Origin: Chiloscyllium plagiosum
Taxonomy: Eukaryota
DNA: 64,000 bases
Direction of reading: 5' to 3'
NCBI RefSeq assembly: GCF_004010195.1
Contig: NC_057719.1
Span: 84,923,012-84,987,011, forward strand
Made by a program: the position numbers and the translations under genes. Each line of letters opens with the position of its first letter. The first letter of the stretch is position 1. The notes beneath the pieces were generated by a model. The model did no database searches, had not been told where the DNA came from, and saw only the letters and a program-made list of their open reading frames with translations. This document shows, one piece after another, positions 52,092-64,000 of this stretch.

Positions 52092-52959
52092 CTAGATGAA
52101 GAGAAAGAACAGAACTGTAATATCTGGAAACATGCAACTTTTGCATTAGAGAAACAGGAGCCTGAGAAACTCAAAGACCACTTAATTATAGCCAGTGGGC
52201 AGGAGAAAACAACAGTGGGCAAAGAGGGCTTCAGGGACAGAATATCGGAAGGCAATGTCAACCGACCACCATTATCAACCCCTTCTTCACCCTCACATTT
52301 CAATTGATTGTATGGGTGGAATATCAGAACAACCAGAGTCAGAGTTTCTGAATGACAGAAGAACTACAGAGTAAGTTGACAGTACAATGAAGGAGAGAAT
52401 GTATATGAAACATATCGCAGGTTAATCGTACATGTGAGAACCAGGCTAAATGTAGGAAGTTCAAAGAGGCGGTGGACAAGAAAATGAGATGAGAGAGGGT
52501 GCAGTAAGATGTAGTGCCTGTTTAATTATAATATTATACAATTAATAATTGGACCTTTCAAAATGGATCACAGCAACTCACAAAATGGCTCTCAAAAGTC
52601 ACATGATTACCCTTGAGGATTGAGCTGGCACTGAGGCAAGACTACTAATCTCAGGAAGAAATCATAAGAGACCTTGTTGAAATTCAAAAAAACCAACTAA
52701 ACAGAAACTTCCAGACAAAGGTTTATCTGGAGGTGTGAGCAGCTCATCCTAGCTCACTGCAACTTGCCAATAAGAACTACCTAAATTGAAGGATGAGACA
52801 GTTAAGAACTAATTAGCTTGATAAGATGACAATAGGTGGTACTACAACCCAGACCAAAGCAACTCAGCAGATAATATGGAAGCATGATGTGTCAGTTTTA
52901 GGACAGCAGCCATCTTAAGTTTAATTTGTATGAAAATCTGAGAGACTCTATTTTAAAAT

Positions 52960-55330
52960 AAAACCTGTCACATTTGAAGATGGTTCTGGTTTGTTGGAGG
53001 TAAGTCATTTCAGCTCCATGTAATTCTGCAGGAGTTCCTCAGAGTAGTGCGCTAGGCCCAAACATCTTCAACTGCTTCATCAATGACTTTCCCTTCATCA
53101 TAAGGTGAGAAGTGGGGATGTTCACTGATGATTGCACAATGTTCAGCACCATTTGTGACTCCCTCAGATACTGAAGCAGTCCATGTCCAAATGCAACAAG
53201 ATCTGGACAATATCCAAGCTTGGGCTGACAAATGACAATTAACATTTGCGCCACACAAATGCCAGACAATGGGGAGAAAGGAACGAGAACCATACTCCTA
53301 GACCAACAAGCCATGAACATTTCAAATGGTTTCCTCCTTCAAAGATTGCAATTTCCCCTCCCATGTGGTTGACGATGCCCTTCAGCATAACTCTTCCATT
53401 TCCCACACCTCCCAATGCAATAAGGACAGAACCCCCCCTGGTCCTCACCTTCCACCCCACTAACCTCCGTATACATTGCATTCATCCTCCACCACTTCCA
53501 CCATCTCCATACAAACTCCACCACTACTATTATATTTCCCTCCCCACCCCTATCAGTATTTTGGAGAGACCATTCCCTCTGCGACTCCCTTGTCAGATCC
53601 ATGCCTCCCACCCCCCGCCAACATCAGCCCACACCCAACTCCCGGCACCTTCATCTGCCACCGCAAGAATTGCAAAACCTGTGCCCACACCTCCACCCTC
53701 ACCTCCATCCAAGGCCCCAAAGGAAATTTCCACATCCGACAGAAATCTACCTGTACTTCCACAAATGCCATGCACTGTATCCGTTACCGATGTGGTCTCC
53801 TCTACATTGGGGAGACAGGTTGCCAACTTGCGGATTGTTTCAGAGAACATCTCTGGGATACCGTCACCAACCAACTCCACCGCCCTGTGGCCAAATACTT
53901 TAACTCATCCTCCCATTCCACCAAGGACATGCAGCATGTGCTGGGTCTCCTTCGTCACCAAACCCTAACCACCCGATGCCTGGAGGAAGAATGCCTCATC
54001 TTCTGCCCTGGGACACTGCAACCACACAGGATCAATGTAGATTTCACCAGTTTTCTCATCTCCCCTCCCCCCACCTTATCCCGGTCCCAAGCCTCCAACT
54101 CGGCACCGCCCTCTTGACCTCTCCATTGTCTTTCCCCTCTATCCGCCCCACCCTTCTTGCCTACCTATCATCTGCTCTCCCACCTTCATCTACCTATTGC
54201 ATTCTCAGCTACCTTGCCCCAGCCCCACCCTCCTCCCATTTATCTCTCAGCCCCCGGCCCACAAGCCTCATTCCTGATGAAAGGCTCATGCCCAAAATGT
54301 CGATTCTCCTGCTCCTTGGATGCTACCTGACCTGCTGTGCTTTTCTAGCACCATACTCTCGACAAATGCCAGACAATGTCCATCTCCAAACAATCAAACA
54401 ATCACGTGAACTGTAGCTACTCAAGAAGACAGCTCACCACCAACACCTTCTCAAAGGCAACAAGAGTTGGGCAATAAATGCTGGCCAGCCAGCAAGACCT
54501 AGGCCCCACAAATGAATTTTTAAAAAAGAATACCTCACATCAACCTACTTCTACCACTAGATGGAGGCAAATAAAACTTGAGGAGAGTGTAATTTTAAAC
54601 ACAAACAGAAATTGCTGGCATTCATTGACATTCATTGTGTTACCATCACTTAATCACTCATTATCAACATACCTGGAGGTTATCATTGATCAGAAACACA
54701 CCACGTTAACACAGTGGCTACAAGAGCAGAACAGAGGCAAGGAATACGGAGATGAGTAACTCACCTCCTGACTCTCCAAAGCCAGTCCACCATCTACAAA
54801 GCACAAGTCAAGAATGTGATGGAATACTTCCCACTTAGCTGGCTGGGTGCAGCACAACAATACTCAAGAAATTTGACACCATCCAAGATAAAGCAGCCTG
54901 CTTGATTTGGCACCATGTCTGCAAGCATCCACACCCTCCACCACCAAAGCTCAGTTAAGAGCAATGTGAACTATCAACAAGATACACTGCAGAAATTCAC
55001 CAAAGATCCTCAGACAGCACCTTCCAAATACACAACCACTTCCTTCTAGAAGGACAAGGGCAGCAGATACATGAGAATACCACCACCTGAAAGTTCCCCT
55101 CCAAGCCACTCACCATCCTGACTTGGAAAGCTATCAATGTTCCTTCATTGCCACTGGGTCAAAATCCTGGCCCTCCCTAATAGCATTGTAGGTCTACATA
55201 CAACATGTGAACTGTAGCTGCTCAAGAAGACAGCTCACTACCAACACCTTCTCAAAGGCAACAAGAGTTGGGCAATAAATGCTGGCCAGCCAGCAAGACC
55301 TAGGCCCCACAAATGAATTTTTAAAAAAGA
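52960..55330 (+). mobile_element. CR1/L2-like LINE 3' part, interrupted by a Penelope element and a 213-bp duplication
   Basis: GVPQSSALGP, FTDDCT and QQDLDNIQAWADK remnants. Confidence 0.8.
53272..54361 (+). mobile_element. Penelope-like retroelement 3' part with GIY-YIG endonuclease and 17-bp TSD
   Basis: CHRKNCKTC...CGLLYIGETG...FREH; ACAAATGCCAGACAATG at 53255-53271 and 54362-54378. Confidence 0.9.
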
Positions 55331-55549
55331 ATGCCTCACAGCAACCTACTTCTACCACTAGATGGAGGCAAATAAAACTTGAGGAGAGTGTAATTTTAAA
55401 CACAAACAGAAATTGCTGGAAAAGCTCAGCAGGTCTGGCAGTATCTCTGAAGGGTCACTAGACATTAACTTTGCTTTCTTTCCACAGATGATGTCAGACC
55501 TGCTGAGTTTTTCCAGCAATTTCTGTCCGTGTTTCTGATTTCCAGAATC

Positions 55550-56400
55550 TTTCTTTTTTATTGATTTGTGGGATGTGGGTATTGCTGGCTGGCCAGCATT
55601 GATAGCCCATTTCTATTTGCCCTTGAGAAGGTGATGGTGCCTTCTTGAATCGCTGCAGTCCACTTGCTGTGGGTTGACCCACAATGCCATTAGGGAGGGA
55701 ATTCCAGAATTTTGACCAATTACTGTGAAGGAACAACGGTATATTTCAAGTCAGGTGGTGCATGACTTGTAGGGGAACTTGCAGGTGGTGGTCTTTCCAA
55801 ATACCTGTTGCCCTTGTCCTAATAGGTGGAAGTGGTTGTGGGTTTAGAAGGCGCATCTTGTAGATAATACACATCGCTGCTACTGAGCTACCAATGGTGA
55901 AGGGATCAAATGTTTGTAGATGTGGTGTCAATCAAGTGCGTTGCTTTGTCCTGGATGGTGTCAAGCTTCATGAGTGTTGTTGGAGCTGCACCCATCCAGG
56001 CAAGTGGGGAGTATTTCATCACACTTGTGGCTTGTAGATGTTGGATAGACTTTGGGGTGTCAGGAAGTGAGTTACTCACTGCAGTATCCCTCGTCTATGA
56101 CCTGCTCTTGTAGCCACTATGTTTATGTGGCGAGTTCAGATGAGTTTCTGGTCATTGGTAACCCCAAGGACGTTGACAGTGGGGGATTCAATGATGGTAA
56201 TATCATTGAATGTCAAAGGGTGGTGTTGAGAGTGTCTCTTAATGGTGATGGTCATTGTCTGGCATTTGTGTGGTGTGAATGTTACTTGCCACTTGTCAGC
56301 CCAAGCCTGGATATTGTCCAGATCTTGTTGCTTTTGAGCATGGTCTGCTTCAGTATCTGAGGAGTCGTGAATGGTGCTGAACACTGTGCAACACTTCTGA
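55550..56400 (-). mobile_element. CR1/L2-like LINE 3' part, inverted relative to 52960-55330
   Basis: Minus-strand QQDLDNIQAWADKWQVTFTPHKCQ. Confidence 0.8.
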
Positions 56401-56469
56401 TCTTATCTGCACTTCTCTTTTTTTTTGTTGTGTATAATTTTAACATTGGCTGTATTAACGCTGGATGAG

Positions 56470-56970
56470 GGGCCCTTGTTACATAGTGCTGGTTTCCCTA
56501 CCTTTGGGCCAGGAGGCTCAAGCTCACGTCCCACTTACTCCAAAGGTGTGTCATAACAACTCTGAATAGGTTGTTTAGAAAGTATCTTCTTATTTATACT
56601 GGAGAGCTCGGCCATTGTAGTACAGTAGCATTGTTCCTACTTGTGAACCAAAAGACTCCAGTTCATGTTCCCCTCCAAAGGTGTGTAATACCATCTCTAA
56701 CCAGATCAATTATAAAATATCTATAGTCCAACTGAGTATAGAGCAAGCAGAACATATTTGCTTTCGACGATATGTGGGGAATTTATTAGATGTCTGCATG
56801 GGATGATTGATAGACTCTCTCAGTGCAAAGTTACAAGAATATCATGGATCCAAGACTTACTGGGATTTTATTTGGTCTCTTGTGGTGCAATAGTGGTGTC
56901 CCTACTTCTGATCCAGGAGATCTAGTTCAAGTTCCACTGTTCCAATGTGTATCTGAACAGATACATTTTT
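56470..56970 (+). mobile_element. Three degraded copies of a short tRNA-like SINE
   Basis: Repeated ...tccctac...gagcc...gttcaagtccc...gtgtgt.ata..atct.tgaacag motif at about 56470, 56610 and 56880; related copy at about 27735-27850. Confidence 0.5.
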
Positions 56971-57509
56971 TAAAAAGTCCATCCTTCCTTAGTGATGAGA
57001 TCAAACCTATGAATGAGGTCGTCTCATATAAAGATATAATTCGAAATGGGTGGAAGAACATAGACAGACTTATGTGTAGAAATTAATGAAGGTACATGGG
57101 ATCATATGCTTAGGATCATTTATACATGGAGGCCCACAGCACAAAGGCAAATAAGTTGCACTGAAGTTTTCTAAACCTTTCTCAGGTGGGTTGTGTTCCT
57201 GATGTCTGTCTCAATTAGAGTTGCAAACCCAGTGGCCATGAAGGGATATCAGAACCAATGTTCCAGAGGTTGCAAATTAAGAACCTGTTTCTAGGAACCC
57301 TTTTCAATTAGAGTTAGTAGCTGAAATCCAGTGTGGGAAAGTCAATTCAGTGTGGTTTATGGATAGTGCAGTTAATTTCCTTCACAGGGATGGCGCAGCT
57401 GAGAGGCAAGAAACAGGAGCGGAAATGGCACCTTCAGGCATTTTCAGTAGAAAGCAGACGCTATGGCCAACTTAGCAGAAACTTCAATCAACAATGATGT
57501 GAAGGAGCT

Positions 57510-57688
57510 GGTGTTGGGCTAAGATGGACAAAGTTAAAAATTACACAACACCAGGTTGTAGTCCAACAGGTTTATCTGGAAGCACTAGCTTGCAGAGCGC
57601 TGCTCCTTCATCAGGTGGTGGTGCTCTGAAAGCTAATGCTTCAAAATAAACCTGTTGGATTGTAACCTAGTGCTGTGTGATTTTTAAC
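57510..57688. mobile_element. Fold-back Penelope-type repeat (second family)
   Basis: gttaaaaattacacaacaccaggttgtagtccaacaggtttat and ataaacctgttggattgtaacctagtgctgtgtgatttttaac are inverted arms. Confidence 0.75.
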
Positions 57689-59549
57689 CGCAATCAATAA
57701 GACACAGTTGCAGGTCTTCTGCTGGAAAAACGTGCACCCTAGAGCCCTGCAAACATGATGCCTGCAATTTAATAGATAGTCTATTTGTGGTTCAAAACTG
57801 CCGCCGTGGATCTGCCTCATCTCTATTTCTGGTCATCTGACATTGTAGGTGATCCTGAAACTGTATGAAAAATTGTAATCTGTTTCTACAATAGGGGCTA
57901 ATTGTTCCATTAAGAGTCCTAATTAGCCAGCTACTGCTATTGGGAGCTCACCTCTGGGACAAATGCCTGGAAGTGGAAACAATTAGCAGCATTGACCTCA
58001 TACAAGTTGATTGAATTTTCCTCATCATTCCACCTTCAAAGTTATCTATTAGGGACTCGGAAAATTTGGCACATCGTGTTATATTTTGCACACTGCCCAT
58101 TCGTAAAAATGTGAAATTATTAGAGGGAGTGGAGAAACAGTCTACAGATATAGATCCAGAAATGAGAGACTTCAGTTAAATGGTTAATATGGAGAAGCTG
58201 GGTTGTTCTTAGATTTTTAAGAGGAGTTCTGAAGGACGTATTCAAAATTATGAGGTATTATGCTTGTCCCCAACTATCCTTGAGAAGGTGTTGATGAACT
58301 ACTTTCTACAGTTTGTGAGGTGCTTCAGATAGGGGTTTCCAGGATTTTGACTCAGAGAGAATGAAGCAACAGCGGTTCAGTTTCATGTCAGATTGGTAAG
58401 AGACTAGGAAGGGAACTTGCAGGTTGTGGTATCTGCTGTCTTTGTTTTTTTAGGTAGTAGGGGCCACACATTTGGAAGATGCAGCAATAGAGGTTTTGTG
58501 ATTATCAGAAGAATCAGAAGAAGATAACATGAAGACATTTTTACATATGTGTAGTCAGGAGTTAAAATAAACTGTCCAAGATTAGTGGAGGCAGAATCAG
58601 TCATCTTTGAAATAGGGAACTGCATAATCATTTGAAGAGGAAAAGTTCTTACAATAGGGAAAGGGTAGTGGAGCAGAACTAACTGAATTGTGCTTGCAAA
58701 AAAATGACACAGATATGAAGAGACAAGTGGCATCCTGTGTTGTAACCATTCTATGGTAATACAGTACTGGCAGTCCTTTTGTGTTAGAAAAGACTTTATG
58801 TACTGTCAAAAACTGTGACTCAGCTGGTTAGTTGAGTGGCAGTCAATGAAAATCATAACTGAGCTGTTTACGGGTTTACGGTCTTCGCTCACATCTGCAC
58901 ATGTATACACTTCCAAAAAAAAAGGTCACAGGAAAGACCTGAGGATAGGCAATACTTACTAAGTTTGTTTCTCTATGGAGTACAAAAGATTAGGGAGTGA
59001 TTTAATTGCTGTTTTCCAGCTTTTGAATGGAATTGATAGGAGAGATAAAGAGAAACTTTTTCTGCAGATGGGGGAGTCTAAACCAAAGAGCCATTACTTT
59101 AAAATCAGAGACAGACTGTTCTAAAGGGAGGTAAGAAAACACTTCTGCTCACAAAATGTGGAACTTCCATCCATTAAAAACAGGAGGTACATTAGGATAC
59201 AGAACCAAGGTGGGATAGGATATGGATCAGCTGTGATCTCACTGAATGGCAGAACAGGCTTAAAGATTTGAATGGTGATCCTTTTTTATTACATAAAAAC
59301 TCTACATAGATATAAAAGAACAGTGTGGCATTCAACAAAAGACATACCAAGTGTTTCAAAACTGGTTTCTATTGCAGAACTTTAAAAGTGAAGTTCAATA
59401 TTGCAAAACTGTCAAGAAAAAAATTACAATAATTTTAAATGGGCCTGTACTGACATAACTCACTTGTAAATAGTAACTTCTGTCTAATTTGATAATATGT
59501 TTTTTTCAAAGTAAAAAAGGATGCTAATCGAGTGCTGAATTATTCTTAC

Positions 59550-59630
59550 CTCCTTAGATTTGATGGGTAATGCAGATGCTAATTCAAGCCAATGTAGGGC
59601 AGTGGCATAGCTCCCAAGATCCCTGTAGCA
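59550..59630 (-). CDS. RMDN3: RMDN-family coding exon (CYRDLGSYATALHWLELASALPIKSKE)
   Basis: 81-nt phase 0-0 exon with attcatag acceptor and gtaaga donor; CYRxLG...W..LA..LP..KE is RMDN3-like. Confidence 0.85.
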
Positions 59631-60725
59631 CTATGAATACCAGAAAAGTTAAATTAGTTACAGTAAGTGGAATAGACTTGGTGAATACTATCGCCAAAAT
59701 CATCTTCTGAAATTCCAATGCTAGAATGGTTCCTGCAGATTGAAAAGCAAGTATAACTCCGCTTTTTAAGAAAGAAGGAAGAGAGAAAATGGGGTTCTAC
59801 AGATCTGTTAGCCTGACATTAGCAGGAGAGAAATTACTCAAGTCTTTTATCAAGGGTATTATGATGTAATTAGAAGGGCATCATAATAGTTTTCTGGAAG
59901 ATACCCTATCAAAGAGATTTACAAAAGTTAAGATTAAATCACAAGTCAATTTGAGTGAATAAACCAGGACTCATTATGTTAACATAAGGGATGTGTTACC
60001 ACTAAACAAGATCCTTAAGATTCAATCAGGAGAAATTTGCCCCAGTGAGATGGCAACTCAATGAAACTGAAGTGGGGTTTGTCCAGTGCTACAGCTGTGA
60101 TAGGGAAGTTAGTGAAGTCAACTGTGGGGATTGGAGGCAGTATGTCTGGATGCAGAAAGGACAATAATTGTTAAAGGGAAGCGGGCGGGGAAAATAACTA
60201 TGCATTGGAGAATATGGATTATTGCTTCTGTTTCAGTGAAATAAAGAAAGCCTAGTAAATACATTCCATAAAAATTCTGATGACCAATACATTGTCAGAA
60301 ACTGTTAAAATTGGAAGTAGTTTAGTGGGTGATTAGGGTTAACTGATGAATTAGTTGGCCAGATAGATAAATATAAAAGGATAGCAGGTAGAATTATTGA
60401 GTGAAAGAAACTATAAACTTGAGAATTAATAAACTCCAACCACAAAGAAAGATATTTAGATTCATGTCTCATCCACTGGCTTGGATCCAAATTGACAGAA
60501 ATTATTACTGTAAACTGGATAGGATGACAAAAGTATCATCATTGCTAATGCTGTGCGAGCCCCAATAGCCCTCGGTCAACCTTTTGAACCTCCTTTACAT
60601 TGAACACAATTGTATCTGTACTCTTTACAATAGAGTGCAGTAATTTTATGCTTTGGCCAATTGGCATCCCAAAACCCCTTTAGCTATCCCACTGCTAAGC
60701 ATACAGAAAATTTGCACTAGACTAC

Positions 60726-60779
60726 CTTTGCAATATAGACCGAGTTCACTTTGGAATATCCTGGTTTCAATTCTTCAGC
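60726..60779 (-). CDS. RMDN3: RMDN-family coding exon (AEELKPGYSKVNSVYIAK)
   Basis: 54-nt phase 0-0 exon with ctttacag acceptor and gtagt donor; conserved AEELxPGY/FS motif. Confidence 0.85.
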
Positions 60780-61014
60780 CTGTAAAGTAGAGGATAAAAA
60801 TAACAACATTTGTTTACTTACAGTAGCAGATGGATTATGATTGTGAATGATTTTGCTAATGAATTTAAGCCCCTTCCGGCTAAAAGAACAATGAGGAAGA
60901 ATGGCTGCTCCATTTTCTTTTTAAGTGCCCTAAATGGAGGATACTCTGAATCTCCCAGTTATTTTGTTTTACTTTACCCCCATATTACCGCCTAATTGTA
61001 GTAGTGCTTATATT

Positions 61015-61350
61015 TTCCCCAGCACCCATGTTGTGTGTGTGCAAGTGTGAGACACAGTGAAAGACAACAGGTGTACCAATCTTTATTCAGTTTCCACCAC
61101 CAGGAAGAAAGAAAACACCTGAGTGGCCAGTGACAAGCAGTGCCCTTCACATCAGATGCTGCATGATCAAACAGTGAAGGGGGGGGGCAGGGATTAAATC
61201 AAAATAGAGTTGGAAGGGGAAATAATGCACTCAACTCCCTGTGGTGCCCACCTTTCCCTGAAAATATTGAGGGTGTTGGTGGACATCGCGTGCTCCTTCT
61301 CCAGGTACACCTGGGCTCGGACATAGCCGTGGAAGAGGGGCAGGCAACCA
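61015..61350 (-). mobile_element. L1/Tx1-like 3' end
   Basis: Minus-strand CLPLFHGYVRAQVYLEKEH...FRERWAPQG followed by a 3' UTR with aataaa. Confidence 0.65.
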
Positions 61351-61979
61351 GTGGCTGCTCCATTAGTATTTAATAACCAATTGGTCATCAGTGAGATTGA
61401 GATGGTATTTCTGCCCCTCATGTACCATCTTAGCAATCTGAACTAGTCAGATAACCAACAGCTGTGTGATCCCAGCAGCACCACGCAAAATCAGTGATCA
61501 TTGCTGGGTCTATATACTGTCCACAGTGGAGATTATCGCTGGAACTTCACACCAAGCTAAGTGGAGGAATATCACCAGCACAAAGCTGGCAGTCCCCTGC
61601 AATGTGGGGTTATGGATGGTTGTTTTGAGAGGCTGGCAACTGGTGGTAAAGGAAAACAAAATATCACCTTGCAGTTAATGCCTGCAATAGGGGAAAAGAG
61701 TCACAAAAAGGTCCCCCCTTTGCTTTATGAAAGCCTGTGCAGGTGAAGCTGCCAGCTTCCCATGTAGCATCTGCTGGATTTTAGCAGGTCCCCTGGCCTT
61801 CACAGCTGCTGCTCTGTTTTGGGAGTGGTGGTCTGAAATCCAGCTGAACAGGTTAAGATTACTTCTGGAAAAAGACAGGGAATGATCAAAGGCAAGAACA
61901 TACAAGAGGAAGAGACCTCCTTTTACTAAGTCAAAAAAAGCTCTCTGTCCCAGATAGGATGAAATATTTTCATAATCTA

Positions 61980-63430
61980 TAATTGCAGGTGAGGTGCCGG
62001 ATGACTGCAGAGTGGCTAATGTTGTGCCTTTGTTTAAGAAGGGATGTAAGGAGAAGCCTGAGAACTATAGACCTGAGAGTCTGACTTTGGTCGTAGGTAA
62101 GTTATTGGAAGTGATTCGGAAAGATATGATTTATATACATTTGTAGAGGCAAGAAATGTTTAGGGATAATCAGCATAGTTTTGTATGAGGAAATCATGTC
62201 TCACAAACTTAATTAAGTTTTCTGAGAAAGTAACCAAGAAGATTGATGACAGCAAAGTGGTGGACATTGTTTACCCGGACTTTAGTAAAGTCTTTGGTAA
62301 GGTTCTGCATGGTAGATTAATTAGAAAATTAGATCGCATGAGATTCGGGGTGAGCTTGCCAATTGGAATCAAAATTTGATTAATGGCAGGAGACAGAGAG
62401 TGATGGTGGAGGATTGTTTATTGGACTGGAGGCCTGTGACCAGTAATGTTCCACAGGGATCAGTAATCTGTCCACTTTTGTTTGTCATTTATATAAATTC
62501 TTTATATGAAAATAAAGAAGGCACGGTTAGTAAGTTTGTGGATGACACCAAAATTGGTGGTATAGTGAACAGTAAAGAAGGTTATCTAAGGTTACAAAGA
62601 GATCTTGATCAATTGGGTTAATGGGTTGAGAGCAGCAGATGGAGCATAATTATGATAAACGTGAGATATTGTATTTTGGTGAAACAAGCAAAGGCAAAAC
62701 CTTCACAATTCAAAGTAGGCCCTCGGGTAGTGTTGTAGAACAGAGAGACTAAGGGTTCAGTTACATAATTCTTTGAAGTTTGTGATGCGTATAGATAGGG
62801 TGGTTAAGAATATCTTTAGCATGTTTGCCTTCATTGCTTAGACCTTTGAGTGTCAGTGTTGGAATGTTACGCTGATGTTGTACAGAACGTTGGTGAGGCC
62901 TCTTCTGGACTACTGTGTGCCATTCTGGTCACTCTGCTTTAGGGAATATATCATGAAACTGAGGAATGTTCAGAAGAGATTTACCAGGATGTTGCCAGGA
63001 ATGGAAGGTTTGAGTTATAAAAATAGGCTGGGACTTTTTTCACGGGAGCATAGGAGGTTGAAGAGATGACCTTCTGGAGGTTTATAAAATTATAAGGTGC
63101 ATAGATCAGGTGAATAGCAAGGGTCTTTTCCCTTTGGTAGGGGAGTTCAAAATAAGGGGACGCATTTTTTAAGGTGAGAGGAGAAAGTTTTCAAAATGAC
63201 ATAGGCACAACTCTTTTACACAGACAGTAGTTAGTGTATGAAATGAACTGCTAGAGGAAGCAGTGGATGTAGGTTCAGTTACAACATTTAAAAGACATTT
63301 GGATAAGTACATGAATAGGAAATGTTTGGAAGGATATGGGCCAAATGCAGCAAATGGGATTAGTTTAGTTTGGGAACATAGTCAGTGTGGACAGGTTGGA
63401 CTGAAGGGTCTGTTTCCATGTTGTATGATT
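61980..63430 (+). mobile_element. CR1 LINE in an RMDN intron
   Basis: SCLTNLI, DFSKVF, VPQGSV, KFVDDTK and LYRTLVRPLLDYC motifs. Confidence 0.9.
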
Positions 63431-63659
63431 ATGATAAGAGCACAAAAAAGAATCAGCACCTTTAAAGCAAAAGGAAAATATTACTTCCTGGGATTACAGA
63501 AATTATCCTGAATGCACAACCCTGCCCTTTTCTGAAAGAGATATATATAATTTTTTAATGTTTTTGATAATCATTAGCTTTTTCCCCCATTATAAGAACC
63601 TTCACATTATTAGCGATACAACATAAAAACACTAACATTTATATCAAACTAGATCTCAC

Positions 63660-63758
63660 CTTTAAAAAGTTTTTTACAGCTTCATCAATGGTGGAACTTG
63701 GAGGTGTTCCATAGAAAGTTGCAGCTGCCTTCCTTTCGATCCAACCTAATTGCGCTAC
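63660..63758 (-). CDS. RMDN3: RMDN-family coding exon ([33 protein letters not shown])
   Basis: 99-nt phase 0-0 exon bounded by ttttgcag and gtgaga; the peptide matches the RMDN C-terminal TPR region. RMDN3 versus RMDN2 is inferred from downstream residues and recalled synteny. Confidence 0.85.
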
Positions 63759-64000
63759 CTGCAAAAGAAAATTCAAGTACTTTGTAAAATTTTATAAAGT
63801 GATACACACCTACCATATAAACAATACTTATTTTACAAAGGTCTTTGTGGCATATTTCAAACAAACTGAACTGCTGACGTGAGAAATTATTTCAAAAACA
63901 TCTTCTGAATTGATACAGCAGATAGTATTGCTGTAAATTAAATGTAACCTTTTCATATGTACAGTACTAGGATTTTTACAACTCTAGTACATGCCTCCAA

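Noticed and set aside
1..64000. CRISPR arrays, rRNA genes, prokaryotic operons or RAD51 exons
   Set aside because: None seen; the repeats are dispersed eukaryotic retroelements.

Overview
This window is eukaryotic, repeat-rich vertebrate DNA, almost certainly from a shark or other elasmobranch (HE1-type SINE, CR1/RTE LINEs and Penelope-like elements); no CRISPR or prokaryotic features are present. Two genes are well supported. The first is a single-exon, very GC-rich cytochrome P450 family 1 gene at 23271-24896 (+), best read as CYP1C1, with a CCAAT/TATA promoter. The second is the last four coding exons of an RMDN-family gene at 63758->52032 (-), most like RMDN3 and convergent on the CYP. 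Manual splice-site reading also gives a phase-consistent chain of minus-strand exons at 9773->387, not visible in the ORF track, that encodes C2-domain-like segments loosely resembling CCDC33. Further candidate exons lie at 28-30 kb, 36-37.6 kb, 41.6 kb and 46.7-47.2 kb. If these belong to one gene or decaying pseudogene, CYP1C1 is nested antisense inside one of its introns; this is a hypothesis. The remainder is nested retroelements, several with clear target-site duplications (TSDs). Many Penelope terminal repeats carry minimal hammerhead-ribozyme cores. There are two assembly gaps, at 24961-25529 and 45605-45876.
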